Below, in pieces: positions 1 to 11,130 of a DNA stretch of 20,000 nucleotides. The stretch lies in the NCBI RefSeq assembly GCF_000485595.1, contig NW_014577081.1, forward strand, positions 400,353 through 420,352. Reading direction: 5' to 3'. The first letter of the stretch is position 1. Every line of letters starts with the position of its first letter. A model generated the notes under the pieces. It had not been told where the DNA came from, ran no database searches, and saw only the letters and a program-made list of their open reading frames with translations. This DNA is from Priapulus caudatus. Its lineage: Eukaryota. The position numbers and the translations under genes were made by a program.

Positions 1-161
1 TGGTTGTTGCTCAATCCAAGTTCCATTTCTGTCAAGCTAGTTGTTCTTAGAATGTTGCCAAATCCAATGCCATTGCCATCTTCAAAATCAACGGAGGCGA
101 ATGAAATCAGCTCTGCAGTGATGCTACGCACACCTTGCCCATTGAGATTGTTTCTTGTTTC
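1..161 (-). pseudogene. Possible degenerate leucine-rich-repeat (RI/NLR-like) coding fragment running off the window edge
   Basis: The minus frame reads ETRNNLNGQGVRSITAELISFASVDFEDGNGIGFGNILRTTSLTEMELGLSNN, resembling the LRR_RI pieces NxIxxxGxxxLxxxL and TSLTxLxLxxN. An in-frame TGA lies at 162-164 and no clean splice acceptor was found. Confidence 0.2.
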
Positions 162-758
162 TCATTCTGACGCATTGCTTTCATATGTGACAAATTTCAC
201 GACATGTCGCAGCAACAAGCAGCTCACATTTCCTGCACAGAGCAGCACTAGCAAAGCATCAGCAGTCAGAAGTAGACAGTAGTAGTTTTTTTCAAGCAGG
301 ATAAGCTCAATGTAACTTGAACCTATCCATTTTTAAGGAGAACAAACATTGTTGAATTACTAGTTTGAATTACTTGCAGCTGAGGAAAAGTGCACAGGGA
401 AAGTATTTATGAGTGAAATCTGTTTAGACCCTTTTCAAAATATAATTACAGTATCAATATGATGCACATTGAATATATTTTACACATTGTGTACATTGTT
501 CCTGTTGTCGTACACACGTGTATTCTATGGTTATACACAACACACTACACGAATACATACACGTGTGGATTGAAGTAGCAAGTTAGCACCATTCAACTCA
601 CTACTAACACAACTCATTCATTAAACTCGTTTCTTTCTGCACCATGATATTCACCTAACTTCCATTATCAAATCTAGAGTCCGGTTCTTAACACCATAAT
701 TCTGCATTCCTGCGTAACTACATTATGTCTTGTGTTTCTATGTGTCATTCTGCTTCGT

Positions 759-770
759 TGTGTGTGTGTG

Positions 771-814
<44 letters not shown>

Positions 815-823
815 TGTGTGTGT
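759..823. repeat. Compound (TG)n/(TGCG)n microsatellite
   Basis: Directly visible. Confidence 0.95.
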
Positions 824-934
824 ACGGCCGGTTACGTGTGAACTTTGTCAACATTTTTTTTTTCAGGTTTTTGTGTCTTGTAATACAATCTATCGGTAGT
901 CTCTACACATGTTTTCTGTCCTTGTTTCATTTAA

Positions 935-1066
935 ATCTCCTCCTCTCTCCCTCTCTCTCGTTTTCTTTCTCTCTCGCTCGCTCTCTGACCGTCGCTCTCT
1001 CTCTCTCTTTCTCTTTCTCTCTCTGTATTTCTCTGTCATTCTCTCTCTCTTTCTCGTACTCTCTCA
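935..1066. repeat. Imperfect (CT)n pyrimidine-rich tract
   Basis: Directly visible. Confidence 0.85.
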
Positions 1067-1766
1067 CAATCTGTCGTTTCTATTTATTGCTTATCGGTAT
1101 GGAGAACATAGTACCGCTATTTGCTTCATTGTTTACTCATATACTTCTACTTGCTGCAGTTATCTCTCTTGACGTTTGTCGTTACTAATACAAACCTTTT
1201 TTATTATCAAAAGTGTGTACAAACATAACCATTCGGGTTGCAACTACTTAAGAAGTCTCTGGGCGTACATCTGTTGAGTGTTTTTGAATTGTTACTGCCC
1301 AACAATGTTTATCTCATCTGCTCTGATTTATCTACCTGCTGTGACCTTAATAGAAACTAGATTTATATCTGTGAGCATTCATAAACACCTTTGTATAGAA
1401 TGTTAACTTGTCCGTTGTCTGGGCAGTGGTGTGTTAAACAAAGAGATTAGCCAGCCGTCACTGTTATTAAAGAATAAGAGGGCCAGCCTTGCATTTCGTA
1501 TACGAATGTTAGGCTTATACCGATGCAGCGCAAAATGGGGTTTAAGTAAGCGAACAATTGTACATTGCAGCGCGTTTACGTCGGCTGATGTTTGGTTGTC
1601 TCATTTACACAGTGTTGCCAGTACCGATATCAGAAGTCCCTTTCAACACTCTGCTTCTTTGTGCAATAACCGTGATTGTCCATGATTTATTTTGGTGGTG
1701 TAAAATGGGCGGTTATGTTGCTTTGCTGCTGTACAGCTATTGTAGTGCTGTAGCTTCATGTATCGC

Positions 1767-1838
1767 TATCTATCAATCTATCTATCTATGTGTGTATGTA
1801 TTTATCTATCTATGTGCATATCTATCTATCTATGTGCA

Positions 1839-1897
<59 letters not shown>

Positions 1898-1898
1898 T

Positions 1899-1929
<31 letters not shown>

Positions 1930-1992
1930 GTGTGTATGTGTGTATCTATCTATGTGCATATCTATCGATCTATCTATCTATCTATCTATCTA
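1767..1992. repeat. (TCTA)n / GATA-type tetranucleotide microsatellite with TGTG and TTTA interruptions
   Basis: Directly visible. It explains the YLSI/IYLS ORFs. Confidence 0.95.
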
Positions 1993-2292
1993 ACCAACTA
2001 ACTACATACATGCATACATATAAGAATAGCCGTTCGTGTATGTTAAATTGTTTATTTGTGATATTTATTGCTCGTTTTATTGAAACATGTTTTGTGTACT
2101 ATTCATGAATGCATGTTTATATCTAGGTTTATCGATCTAATCCTAATAGCGTTTCATTTCGTAGCATATTACGCAAGTATGAGAGTGAGGTTGTGCATAT
2201 GTTTGTTGCGTAATACCGTTGAACCCCATTTTTAATTTAATTAGGCCAACTGCATTCAATTTTCCTGCATGCACCCGTGCGCGTATGTATCG

Positions 2293-2450
2293 CGTGTGTG
2301 CTGTGTGTGTGTGTGTGTGTGTGTGCGTGTGCGTGTGCGTGTGCGTGTGCGTGTGCGTGTGCGTGTGCGTGTGCGTGTGCGTGTGTGTGTGTGTGCGTGC
2401 GTGCGTCTGTCTGCGAGTGCGCGCATGCGTGTGTGTGTGTATGTGCGTGT

Positions 2451-2489
<39 letters not shown>

Positions 2490-2690
2490 CGTGCGTGTGT
2501 GAGTGTGCGTGCGTGCGTGCGTGCGTACGTGTGTCTGTCTGCGAGTTGCCGCATGGCGTGTGTGGTGTGTGGCATGTGTGTGTGGTGTGTGGTGTGTTGT
2601 GGTGTGCTGGTGGTTTGTGCTGTGTGTGTGTGTGTTGTTGGGTGTGTGTGGGTGTGTGGCTGTGTGTGTCGTGTTGTGTGTGTTTGCGTG
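2293..2690. repeat. Compound (GT)n/(GTGTGC)n/(GCGT)n microsatellite, degenerating toward its 3' end
   Basis: Directly visible. Confidence 0.93.
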
Positions 2691-2699
2691 AGCAACTAT

Positions 2700-5600
2700 G
2701 CGACTTGTGGCGCGATGCGTCTGTTGTAAAGTGCGCGTGCCAGTGGGTGTCTTGGGATATAGGGTGGTACGCGTCAGTGGTGCTAGTGAAGTGTTTTGGA
2801 GTATTAGGTGTGTACGTGCGTGGTGCAGGTATGTGGTTTAGGTGTTACGTGCGGGTCTAGTGATGTTAGGGGTACGGTGTGTAGTGGCGTGGTGCTAGTG
2901 TGTTTGGTGTAGGTGCGAAGCGCGTGTGGCCACGTAGTTTTGGGTAAGTGCGTACCCGCGGTGCGTCTCAGTGAGTTTTGGTATAAGGTGTGACGTGCGT
3001 GTGCAGTGAATGTTGGGTGAGATTGGTACGTGCGTGGTGCTAAGGTGATGTTATGGGTGAGGTGCGACGCGCCGTGTGCTAGGAGTTTGGGTAATAGGGC
3101 GGACGCGCGTAGTGCAGGAGTGTTGGTAAGGTGCGGACGTGCGTGGTGCTTAGTGAGTGTTTTGGGTGTATGCGGACGCCGTGTGCTATGAGTGTTTGGT
3201 AGTGTGTAGATGCGTGGCTAAGTGATTGTTGGGTTAGGGGTAAACGTCGTGTGCTATCAGTGTTGGTAGTGTGTACGTGCGTGTGCTAGTGAAGTGTTTG
3301 TTGTAGGTTTGTGTAATGCGTGTGAGCTAGTGAGTGGTTGGGTGTAAGTGTGTACGTGCGGGTGCATAGTTAGTGTTTAGGGTGTAGGTGGTGTACGTGC
3401 GTGTGCTAGGGAGATGTTTGGGAGTGCGGACGCCGCGTGTGCTATAGTGAGTGTTTGGGTGAGTGCGGACCAGCGCGTGGTGCTATAGTGAGTGTTACGT
3501 TGTAAGGTGTAACGTGCTGTGCTAGTGAGTGTTTGGTGTGAGTCGGACCGCGCGTGGTGCATAGTGAGTGTGGTTGGTGTACGTGGTGTGCTAGTCGAGT
3601 GTTGGTGTAGGTTACAGTGGCTGGTGCTAGTAGTGATTGGTGTAGGTGCGAGACGCGCGTGGTGCTAATGAGTTTGGTATGGTGTGTAACGTGCGTCGGT
3701 CGGCAGTGATGTGGGTGTAGGTCCGGAAGCGCGTGCTGCTATATTGAAGTGTTGGTGTAGGTGTGTACGTGCGGTGCTAGTGAGTGTTTGGGTTAGGTGA
3801 TGTACGGCGGGGCAGTGAATGTTTGGGGTGATAGGTTGTACTCGTGGTGCTAGTGAGGTTGGTAAGCGACGTGCGTGTGCTAGTGAGTGTTCTGGTTAGT
3901 GCGTGACGTGCGTGTGCCTAGTGAGTGTTGGGTGTAGTGCGGACGCGCGTGGGCTAGTGATGTTGGGTGTACGTGGCGACGCGACGTGTGCTAATGGTGT
4001 TTGTTAGTGTGTACGTGCGGTGCTAGTGAGTGTTTGGTGTAGTGCTGTAACGTGCGTGGATGAGTAGTGTTGGTTAGGTTGTACGGCTGCGGGTGGCTAG
4101 TGATGTTGGGTAGGTGTACGTGCAGTGTGCTAGTGAGTGTTTGAGTTATACGGTCCGAGTGCGTTGGTGCAAGGGAGTGTTTGGGTAGGGCGGACGTCGT
4201 GTGCTAGTGATGTCGGTTATAGTCGCGACGCGCAGTGGTGCTAAGTTGATGTTTGGAGTGTAGTGACGTGGCGTGGTGGCTAGTGAGTTGTGGTAGGTGT
4301 GTTACTGCGTGTGTGCTATGAGATGTTTGGGTGCTAGGTGTGAGTGCGTGGTGGCAGTGCGGTTTGGGTGTAGTGTGTACGTGCGGGTGCAGTGAGTTTT
4401 GGGTGTGGTGTGTACGTGCGTGTGCTAGTGAGTTGTTTGGGCTTATGTGTATACTGCGTGGTGCTACGGAGTGTTTGATGTAGTGCGGACGCGAGCCGTG
4501 GTGCAGGAGTGTGTGGTGAGTGTGCTTGATATCGTGCGAGGTTAAGGATGTGTTGGGTGTAAGGTGTGTACGTGCGTGGTGCTAGTGAGTGTTGGGCGTG
4601 TAAGGTGTGTACGCGCGTGTGCAGTGAGTGTTTGGGTAAGGTGTGTTACGTGCGTGTGCTAGTGAGATGTTTGGGTAGGTGTGTACTCGTTTGTGCTAGT
4701 GAGTGTTTGGGTGAGGGCGGACAGTGCGGGTGCTAGTGAGTGTTTGTTTGTGGTGTGTACGTGCGTGGTGCTAGTGAGTTCTCTTGGTGAGGTGTGTACG
4801 TGCGGGTGCTAGGTGATGTTTGGGTGTAGTTGTGTACGCTGCGTGGTGCATGAGTGTTCTGGGTTACGGTCGGACGCGCGGGTGCTATAGACTGAGTGTA
4901 TTGGGTTAGATGTGTATATGCGTGTCAGGAGTGTCTTGGTGTAGGTGTGTACGGGCGTGGCAGTGAGGTTTGGGTGTAAGGTGTGTACCGCGCCGTGTGC
5001 CTAGAGTGTTTGGCTTAGGTTGTACGTGCGTGGTGCTAGGAGATGTTCTGGGTGTAGGGCGTGACGCGCCTGTCTATGTGGTGTTTGGTGTATGGTCGGA
5101 CGTGCGTGATGCTAGTGATGTTGGGTAAGGTGGTACGTGCGTGGTGCCTAGTTGAGTGTTTGGTCGTGTAGTGTGTAGCCGCGGTGCTAGTGAGTTGGAT
5201 GTGTGTACGTGCGTGGGATCGCTAGTGAGTGTTTGGGTGAGGTTGTCCGTGCTGGGCTAGTGAGTGTTGGCGGTAAGGTGTGAACGATGCTGGTGCAGTG
5301 ATGTTTGGTTAGTGCGGACCAGCGTGGTGCTAGTATTTTGGGTGAGTTTGTACGTGCGTGTGCTGTAGTGAGTGTTGGGTGTAGTTGACGCGCGGTGCTA
5401 TGAGTTTTGGCGTGTAGTGTGTACTGCTGGTGCTAGTGAGTGTTTGGGTATAGGTGCGGACGCCGCAGTGTGTCTAGTGAGTGTTGGGTATTGTGCGAAC
5501 GCGCGTGGTGCTATAGGGATGTTGGGCTGTAGTGTGTTACTGTGCTGTGCTAGTGAGTGTTGGCCAGAAAAAAAAAAAAAAAAATAAAAAAAATATAGTG

Positions 5601-7290
5601 CGGACGCCGTGGTGCTATACGTGAGTGTTTGGGTTGGTGTGGTACTGCGTGTGCTAGTGAGTGTTTGGGTCAAGGTGCGGACGCGACGTGTGCCTAGAGA
5701 GTGTTTAGTATAGGTGTTACCGCTGCGTGGTTGCTAGTGAGGTTTCGGGTGTAGGTGTGTACCGTGCGTGCTGGCAGTGAGTGTTTGGGTGTAGTGGCTG
5801 CCGGCGCGTGTGCTTATAGTAATGGGCGTGTAGGTGTGTAACGTGCGTGGGCTAAGTGATGTTTTGGGGTGTAAGCGTTGTTAACCGTGCGTGGGCTGTG
5901 AGTGTTGGGTGATGGTGTTACCGCGCGTGGTGCTAGTGAGTGTGGTAAGTGCGGACGCGCGTGGGCTAGTGAGTGTTGGGTGTAGGTGTGACGGCGCGTG
6001 GTGCTAGTGGAGTGTTGGGTAAGCGGGACGCGCGCTGGTCTAGTGTGTTTGGGTGTAGTGCGGACGCGTCGTGGGCAGATGAGCGTTAGGTGAGGTGCGG
6101 ACCGCGTGGTGCACGTCGAGTGTTGGGGTAGGTGTTAAGTGCGTGGTGACTATAGTGAGGTTTGGGTGTAGTGTGACGTGCGTGGTGCTAGTGAGCGTAT
6201 GGGTGTAGGTGTTACGCTGCGTGTGCTAGTGAGTTTGGGTTAAGTGTGTACTGCGTGTGCTAGTTGAGTGTTTGGGTTAGTTGAGTGAACCGCGCGTGTG
6301 CAGTGATTGTTTGGGTGTAGGTGCGAGACGCGCGGGTGCTAGTGATGCTTGCGTTAGTGTGTAACGCGTGTGACTCAGTATGTTGGTGAGGTGCGGACAG
6401 GCGTGTCAGCTGAAGGTTTAGGTGTAGGCGTGCGGACGCCGCAGTTGGTGCTAATGAGTGTTTGGGTGTAGGGTACAGTGCGTGGTGCTAGTAGTGCGGC
6501 GTGTAGGTGACGTGCTGTGCTAGTGAAATGTTGGGTAGGTGTGTACAGTGCGTGTGCCAGTGATGTTTGAGGTGTAAGTGTGTACAGTGCGTGTGCTAGT
6601 GATTTTGGTGTATGTGTACGGTGCGGGTGCTAGGAGGTGGAGTGAGGTGTTACGTGCGTGGTGCTAGTGATGTTTGGGTGTAGGTCGGACCGCGCGTGTG
6701 CAGTGATGTTCTGTGTAAGGTCGGACAAGCGCCGTGTGCATATAGTGTTGGGTGGATGGTACGGCTGGTGCTACGTGAGGTTGGGTGTAGGTGCGTACGC
6801 GCGTGGTGCTAGTGAGTGTTTGGGTATAGGTGTGTACGTGCGTGGTGCTAGTGAGTGTTTGGGTGTAGGTGTGTACGTGCGTGGTGCTAGTGAGTGTTTG
6901 GGTGTAGTCGGAGCGCGTGGTGCTAGTGAGTGTTGGGGTCGGTGCAGACGCGCGTGCTGCTAGTGAGTGTTTGGGTGTAGGTGTGTACGCCGTGTCTAGA
7001 TGTTTGGGTTTAGGCGGACGCGGCGTGTGTCAGTCGATGTATTGGGTGTGTGTGCGACGGACGCGTGGTGCTATAAGTGAGTGTGGGTTAGGGTGTACGT
7101 GGGTGCTAGTGAGTGTTTGGGTGAGTTGTATGCTGTGTGGCTAGATGAGTGTTTGGTGTAGGGTGTACGGCGTGGTGCTATGGTCGATGGGTGAGGTGTT
7201 ACTGCGTGTGACATGAGTGTTGTGTAGGTGCGGACGCGCGTGGTGCTAGTGAGTGTTTGGGTATAGGTGCGGACGCGCGTGTTTGGGTGC
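2700..7290. repeat. 39-bp tandem array (roughly 115-120 copies), consensus GGGTGTAGGTGTGTACGTGCGTGGTGCTAGTGAGTGTTT, with a GCGGACGCGCGT variant; intronic to PMCA
   Basis: Clean units at ~6783-6900 give a 39-nt period (6861 to 6900). Other copies carry scattered single-base indels. Copy number is estimated as length/39 and the boundaries are approximate. Confidence 0.93.
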
Positions 7291-7945
7291 TCGGCTGGTG
7301 CATGCGTGCGGGTGCGTGCATGTGTGCGTATGTGCGTTTGTACGATAGGCATGGTAGGATATGCGTCGGTACCCTAGTTTGTGTGTTCTGCCTGCGTGCG
7401 GGTGTTTGCCTACGTAGCTGCGTACCTCATGCATGCACAGTGTGCCTGAGTGCGCCTGCGCAGTCGTCTGTTTGCGTGCCTACGTGAGCCTGGGTGGGCG
7501 CGTGTGTAGGCGTCTGCTTTTCTGCTTTCGCGCAGCTAACCAGCTATACGTGCTAAACCAGCTATACGTGCGTGTACGGCGTGCGTGTGCACGCGCACCT
7601 ACCCGCGCGCCTGCGTGGGCGCGCGTACAGGCGGGGATATGCTGCCTCCGCATTTACCTATCTGCTGACCATCCATAGGCCGGGCGTTCGCCTGCGTACC
7701 TACCTGTCTTTATGCTCACGGGCTGTGCGTGCATCTGCCCGTCTGCTACGTGCGCGAATATGGACCTGATCAGGCATGCGTGCACTTGCACGCGCCTCCC
7801 TGACCACCCACGGACACGTGCGCGTGCGTGCGCGTGCCCACACGCCTACCCGCCTACGCGCGCGCATTCCCGCGTGCCCGTCCGCCAACCTACGTACGCA
7901 CGTGCGTGCACGTTCCTGCATCTGTGTGCGTGCGTGCGTCCGTCG
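7290..7945. repeat. Low-complexity GCGT/ACGC/TACC-rich intronic sequence, including a short tandem duplication (AACCAGCTATACGTGC x2, ~7538-7571)
   Basis: Alternating purine-pyrimidine motifs dominate. The ORFs here are Arg/Ala/Cys/Val-rich artefacts. Confidence 0.7.
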
Positions 7946-8024
7946 TGCCTTGGAAGCCTGTGTCCGTCATCCTCTCTCCCAACATCCAGCGCTCAGCGCT
8001 CACTCGCTGTTTCTTGCTCCGCAG

Positions 8025-8444
8025 CTGCGCGTCGTGCGAGCATTCCGAAGCACGCTAGAGGAGGTCGAGGACGGCCGCTCCATCCACAGTCTACACTCCA
8101 TGCACTCCCTGCGCTCATCCCGCTCACATCACCGCCCCCTCTCTGAGATTCAATTCATCGACGACCCCCTGAAGTCCCCCACGGACTCGTACGAGATTCC
8201 ATACACCGCGATGGCACCACGGGACAAGTACGAAATACCGTACGAGATATTACCCGATGCCGAGGTGGTCAACACGGCCGAGATGGTCCCGCTGATGGAT
8301 AGCAAGCAGAATGGGTTCAGCACCAACCCGGGCTCGAACCACGACGGCGGCAATGGCTCCAACCCCGGTGTGAACAACCACGGGGCCAGCACTCTCAGCA
8401 GTCCCAATTCCATAAGTACGTCAATCCGTGAGAGTAATGTTTAA
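8025..8444 (+). CDS. PMCA: Plasma-membrane Ca2+-ATPase, proximal alternative terminal exon (139 aa: LRVVRAFRSTLEEVEDGRSIHSLHS...RPLSEIQFIDDP...IRESNV*)
   Basis: Acceptor tgtttcttgctccgcag|CTG (AG at 8023-8024), with a CTCAC branch-like motif ~25 nt upstream; phase 0. LRVVRAFRS matches the C-terminal half of the PMCA calmodulin-binding domain (vertebrate ...QTQ|IRVVxAFRSS), followed by SIH and I-x-x-IDD motifs. Stop TAA at 8442-8444. The C-terminal E-S-N-V is a class I PDZ ligand. Confidence 0.9.
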   Translation: MRVVRAFRSTLEEVEDGRSIHSLHSMHSLRSSRSHHRPLSEIQFIDDPLKSPTDSYEIPYTAMAPRDKYEIPYEILPDAEVVNTAEMVPLMDSKQNGFSTNPGSNHDGGNGSNPGVNNHGASTLSSPNSISTSIRESNV

Positions 8445-8489
8445 TCGAGGGCAATGCGGCGGTCTCTCGCTACCGGCGGACGCGCGCTA

Positions 8490-8572
8490 CCTTCCTCCTG
8501 CCTCTGCCTCTCTCTGACTCTCTCTTTCTCTCTCTCCGTCTCTCGCTCTCTCGATCTCTCGTTTCCTCTTTC
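8490..8572. repeat. Imperfect (CT)n tract in the putative 3' UTR of the proximal exon
   Basis: Directly visible. Confidence 0.8.
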
Positions 8573-8980
8573 CCGGAGATGGCACAGGGCAACTGCGACA
8601 GCGATTAAAAAAACACCCGACCCTCGTGGGAACAACAGGGTACTAACACTCTATGTTGTTACGGTGTTGAATCGTGTTAACCTCGTGTGTTAGTGAATGA
8701 ATGCTAACAGTAGACTTAACATAAAAGCATCCGAGGTTTTATTATAGGCTGTCTGTAGTAACACCTATGTGCTTATATAGCTAGCAGTTTCTAGTCCTGT
8801 GCGCCACCCAGGCACGCCTGTCAGCCCGCTGTGATCCACGGTGGGCTAGCCTTGGCTGTTAACTGTTGGCACTACCATGGTGCTCGTATTTCTACGGTGT
8901 TGTTTGAAAGGTGGGTGAGTATGTTGAAAAGCAGAGACAGTGAGATGGCTTATAATATCAGCGTGGCCATCTAGCTGTGC

Positions 8981-8986
8981 AATAAA
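8981..8986 (+). terminator. Candidate poly(A) signal for the proximal PMCA terminal exon (alternative at 9503-9508)
   Basis: First AATAAA downstream of the 8444 stop. Usage cannot be shown from sequence. Confidence 0.35.
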
Positions 8987-10401
8987 ACGCTATGTACATT
9001 GTGTACTAGAGGGAAACCTTCCCATGTTTTTTAGATATATAGTTGAACCCTTAGCTGCTGTTTATTTTGTTGACGATATCGTTGTCTGTTCATCTCTCAA
9101 TACGTGCTGCAGCCAAATGATGCTGTGCAGTGACTTGTGCTGTGTGTTCTATCTCACGCTGACGCTCCGTAAATGTTCTGGAACTGTTAGGCATGCGTGT
9201 AGAACGAACTCAGCAGAGTCGCGCTCCCGTAATAGTTCTATGGAGGCGGGTCACTCCACACCAGCGTGCAGCGAGCGCGTTTAGAAAGCTGGCAATCACC
9301 GTAAACTAATAATTGCCACCCCAGAACCGATCATCACTGCCACACCTGATGCTGCAGAAGACATAGTGGTCACGTAAACTCAACTTGACTACGTTTGATT
9401 TTACGAGGTGCGCCTCCCAATACAACAACAACTGGCTGTCTAACGATGCTCGTGGTCTGAAAAGTAATACGAGTTCTTGCGTGTGAAATGTGTTGGAGGG
9501 AAAATAAAATGTGATGTGAAAATGTTAAGTAGCCTTAGAAAAACACCATTGAGCTAGTTGTTTTACCTGGAACAAAAATTCATGGCCGGTTGCATCTCCC
9601 CTCAGGGGCAACATCGGGCTAGTTTTTTTTATTCCTATATAACTCAGGGTAGAGATATCCTAGATCACTAGATGTGAAGTAAGTGGTAGCAGACATTATA
9701 AAGGAAATTACTTAAAGAAACGTCGGGTTTGTTACTACTAAACGGCTTTGCGGTGGTACACAACCATGATATGTGAGTAAGGTGGTTATGAAATTCGGCC
9801 AAATTTGAATTACCAAAGTCAGCATACAGCGAAATTTAAGGTTATGTGTCTAATGCAATCAAAACATCTTGCTGCTGCTGCTGTAGATGTAAGTAGATGG
9901 TACAAGGTAGCAAAGCACGGTTCGGCTGTATCGGTTATTTGTCACGGGTGGTACTCGCACCCGTTGGGCTGTCTGTGGGTATAGCGCTATGGATTCATAG
10001 GAAGGAGTATTCGTATGTGACATAAGGCTACATTTTTTAAGTATCATAATGGGATATTGGCGAGTTTTCCTGGGTGGGACGCACCCATTTTTAGTAAAGC
10101 ATCATTATGTCATATTGCCGAGTTTCCCTTCTAATCAGGAAATGACTGACGGAAAACTAGACGGTGTCTATAACGTGCCGTGGATGATGGGGTGGGAACA
10201 CACTATGCAGATCCACTCTCATATACCGGTCCAGGAAATTATATAAATGACCATTCACTAAGTTTTCGGCTAGATGTAGATTTCATTTTAACCAGACCAC
10301 ATTTGCCGGCAATATTGCGCTCTAAGGCACGATAAAGCTGAGGACCTTCCCGCCCGATCCATCTAACACGCCAGCCAGACCTCGGTGCTTAGCAGTGACA
10401 G

Positions 10402-10421
10402 CCACCAGGGGGAGCCACGTG
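10402..10421 (+). promoter_or_regulatory. CTCF-like motif fused to an E-box (CCACCAGGGGGAGC-CACGTG)
   Basis: 13/14 match to the CTCF core CCASYAGRKGGCRS. A near-identical inverted copy lies at 13799-13818. Confidence 0.4.
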
Positions 10422-10739
10422 CTCCGTGCGTCGTCGTCGCGGTGCGTAATGTTCGTGTTTCTCGTTAAGGTGATTGGTGGCCAGCTTTCGGAGAGACTGA
10501 TCGCTGTACCTTTCAGCAGGCGACCAACTGACCAGGCCGTAAGGCTCACTGTTTCCGTACTCTTGTAAAGCTAGTCGCCGCAAGTCATGTTAGTCGTGTG
10601 TTGCTTGGCTCGCTTCATTGCTGTTGATTTCACGGTCGCAGGCGGGACTGGTGCTGTGCCGAACACCAATAAACAGTAACCCACATGAGCCCAAACGTCA
10701 ATGTATTTACGTTTGAGAATATTAAATGCGGAAGACGCA

Positions 10740-11130
10740 TGTGGAGAGAAAAGAGCAGATGTAGAGAAAATGTATATGCGTATGTAAAGGAAAGGACATA
10801 TATAAAACCTAAGACATATGAAAAGGAGAGGACACATATAAAACCTAAGACATATGATATGAAAAGGAGAGGGTATCTATAAAGGAGTTGACATATGTAG
10901 AGGAGAGGACATATTTAGAGGAGATGACATATGTAGAGAAGAGGACGTATGCAAAAGGGAGGGTATATATATATATAAAGGAGAGGACATAACTATAAAG
11001 GAGAGAACATGTGTAGAGGATAGGACGTATGTAAAGGGAAGGACGAATATTGGTCGCTACAATATAGAGGAAAGGACATATGTAAAGATGTGGACATATG
11101 TAGAGGAAAAGACACATGAGGACGTGTATA
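10740..11130. repeat. Degenerate purine-rich tandem repeat (~20-bp unit like AAGGAGAGGACATATGTAG), including a 36-bp-period duplication at 10794-10857
   Basis: Recurrent GGAGAGGACATAT and GACATATGTA words. ATATAAAACCTAAGACATATGA occurs twice. Confidence 0.75.

Noticed and set aside
853..900. Strong-looking acceptor (T)n-CAG at ~866 as a third PMCA terminal exon
   Set aside because: The phase-0 reading VFVSCNTIYR* has no similarity to the CaM-binding domain and stops after 10 codons.
730..2860. Hydrophobic or Cys-rich ORFs (CVCV, YLSI, SLSF)
   Set aside because: Microsatellite translations.
2700..7290. CRISPR array, telomeric repeat, or a 13-aa repeat protein (GVGVYVRGASECL)n
   Set aside because: There are no unique spacers and the context is eukaryotic. 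TTAGGG-like words are sporadic indel variants. There are no splice or start signals, and an open frame is a by-product of a 39-nt unit.
7972..7989. Alternative acceptor cctctctcccaacatccag at 7988-7989
   Set aside because: It is 35 nt upstream of 8025, so it is out of frame with a phase-0 QTQ donor.
7776..8024. 5' part of the 222-aa ORF as coding sequence
   Set aside because: It is low-complexity intron read-through. PMCA homology begins exactly at the acceptor at 8025.
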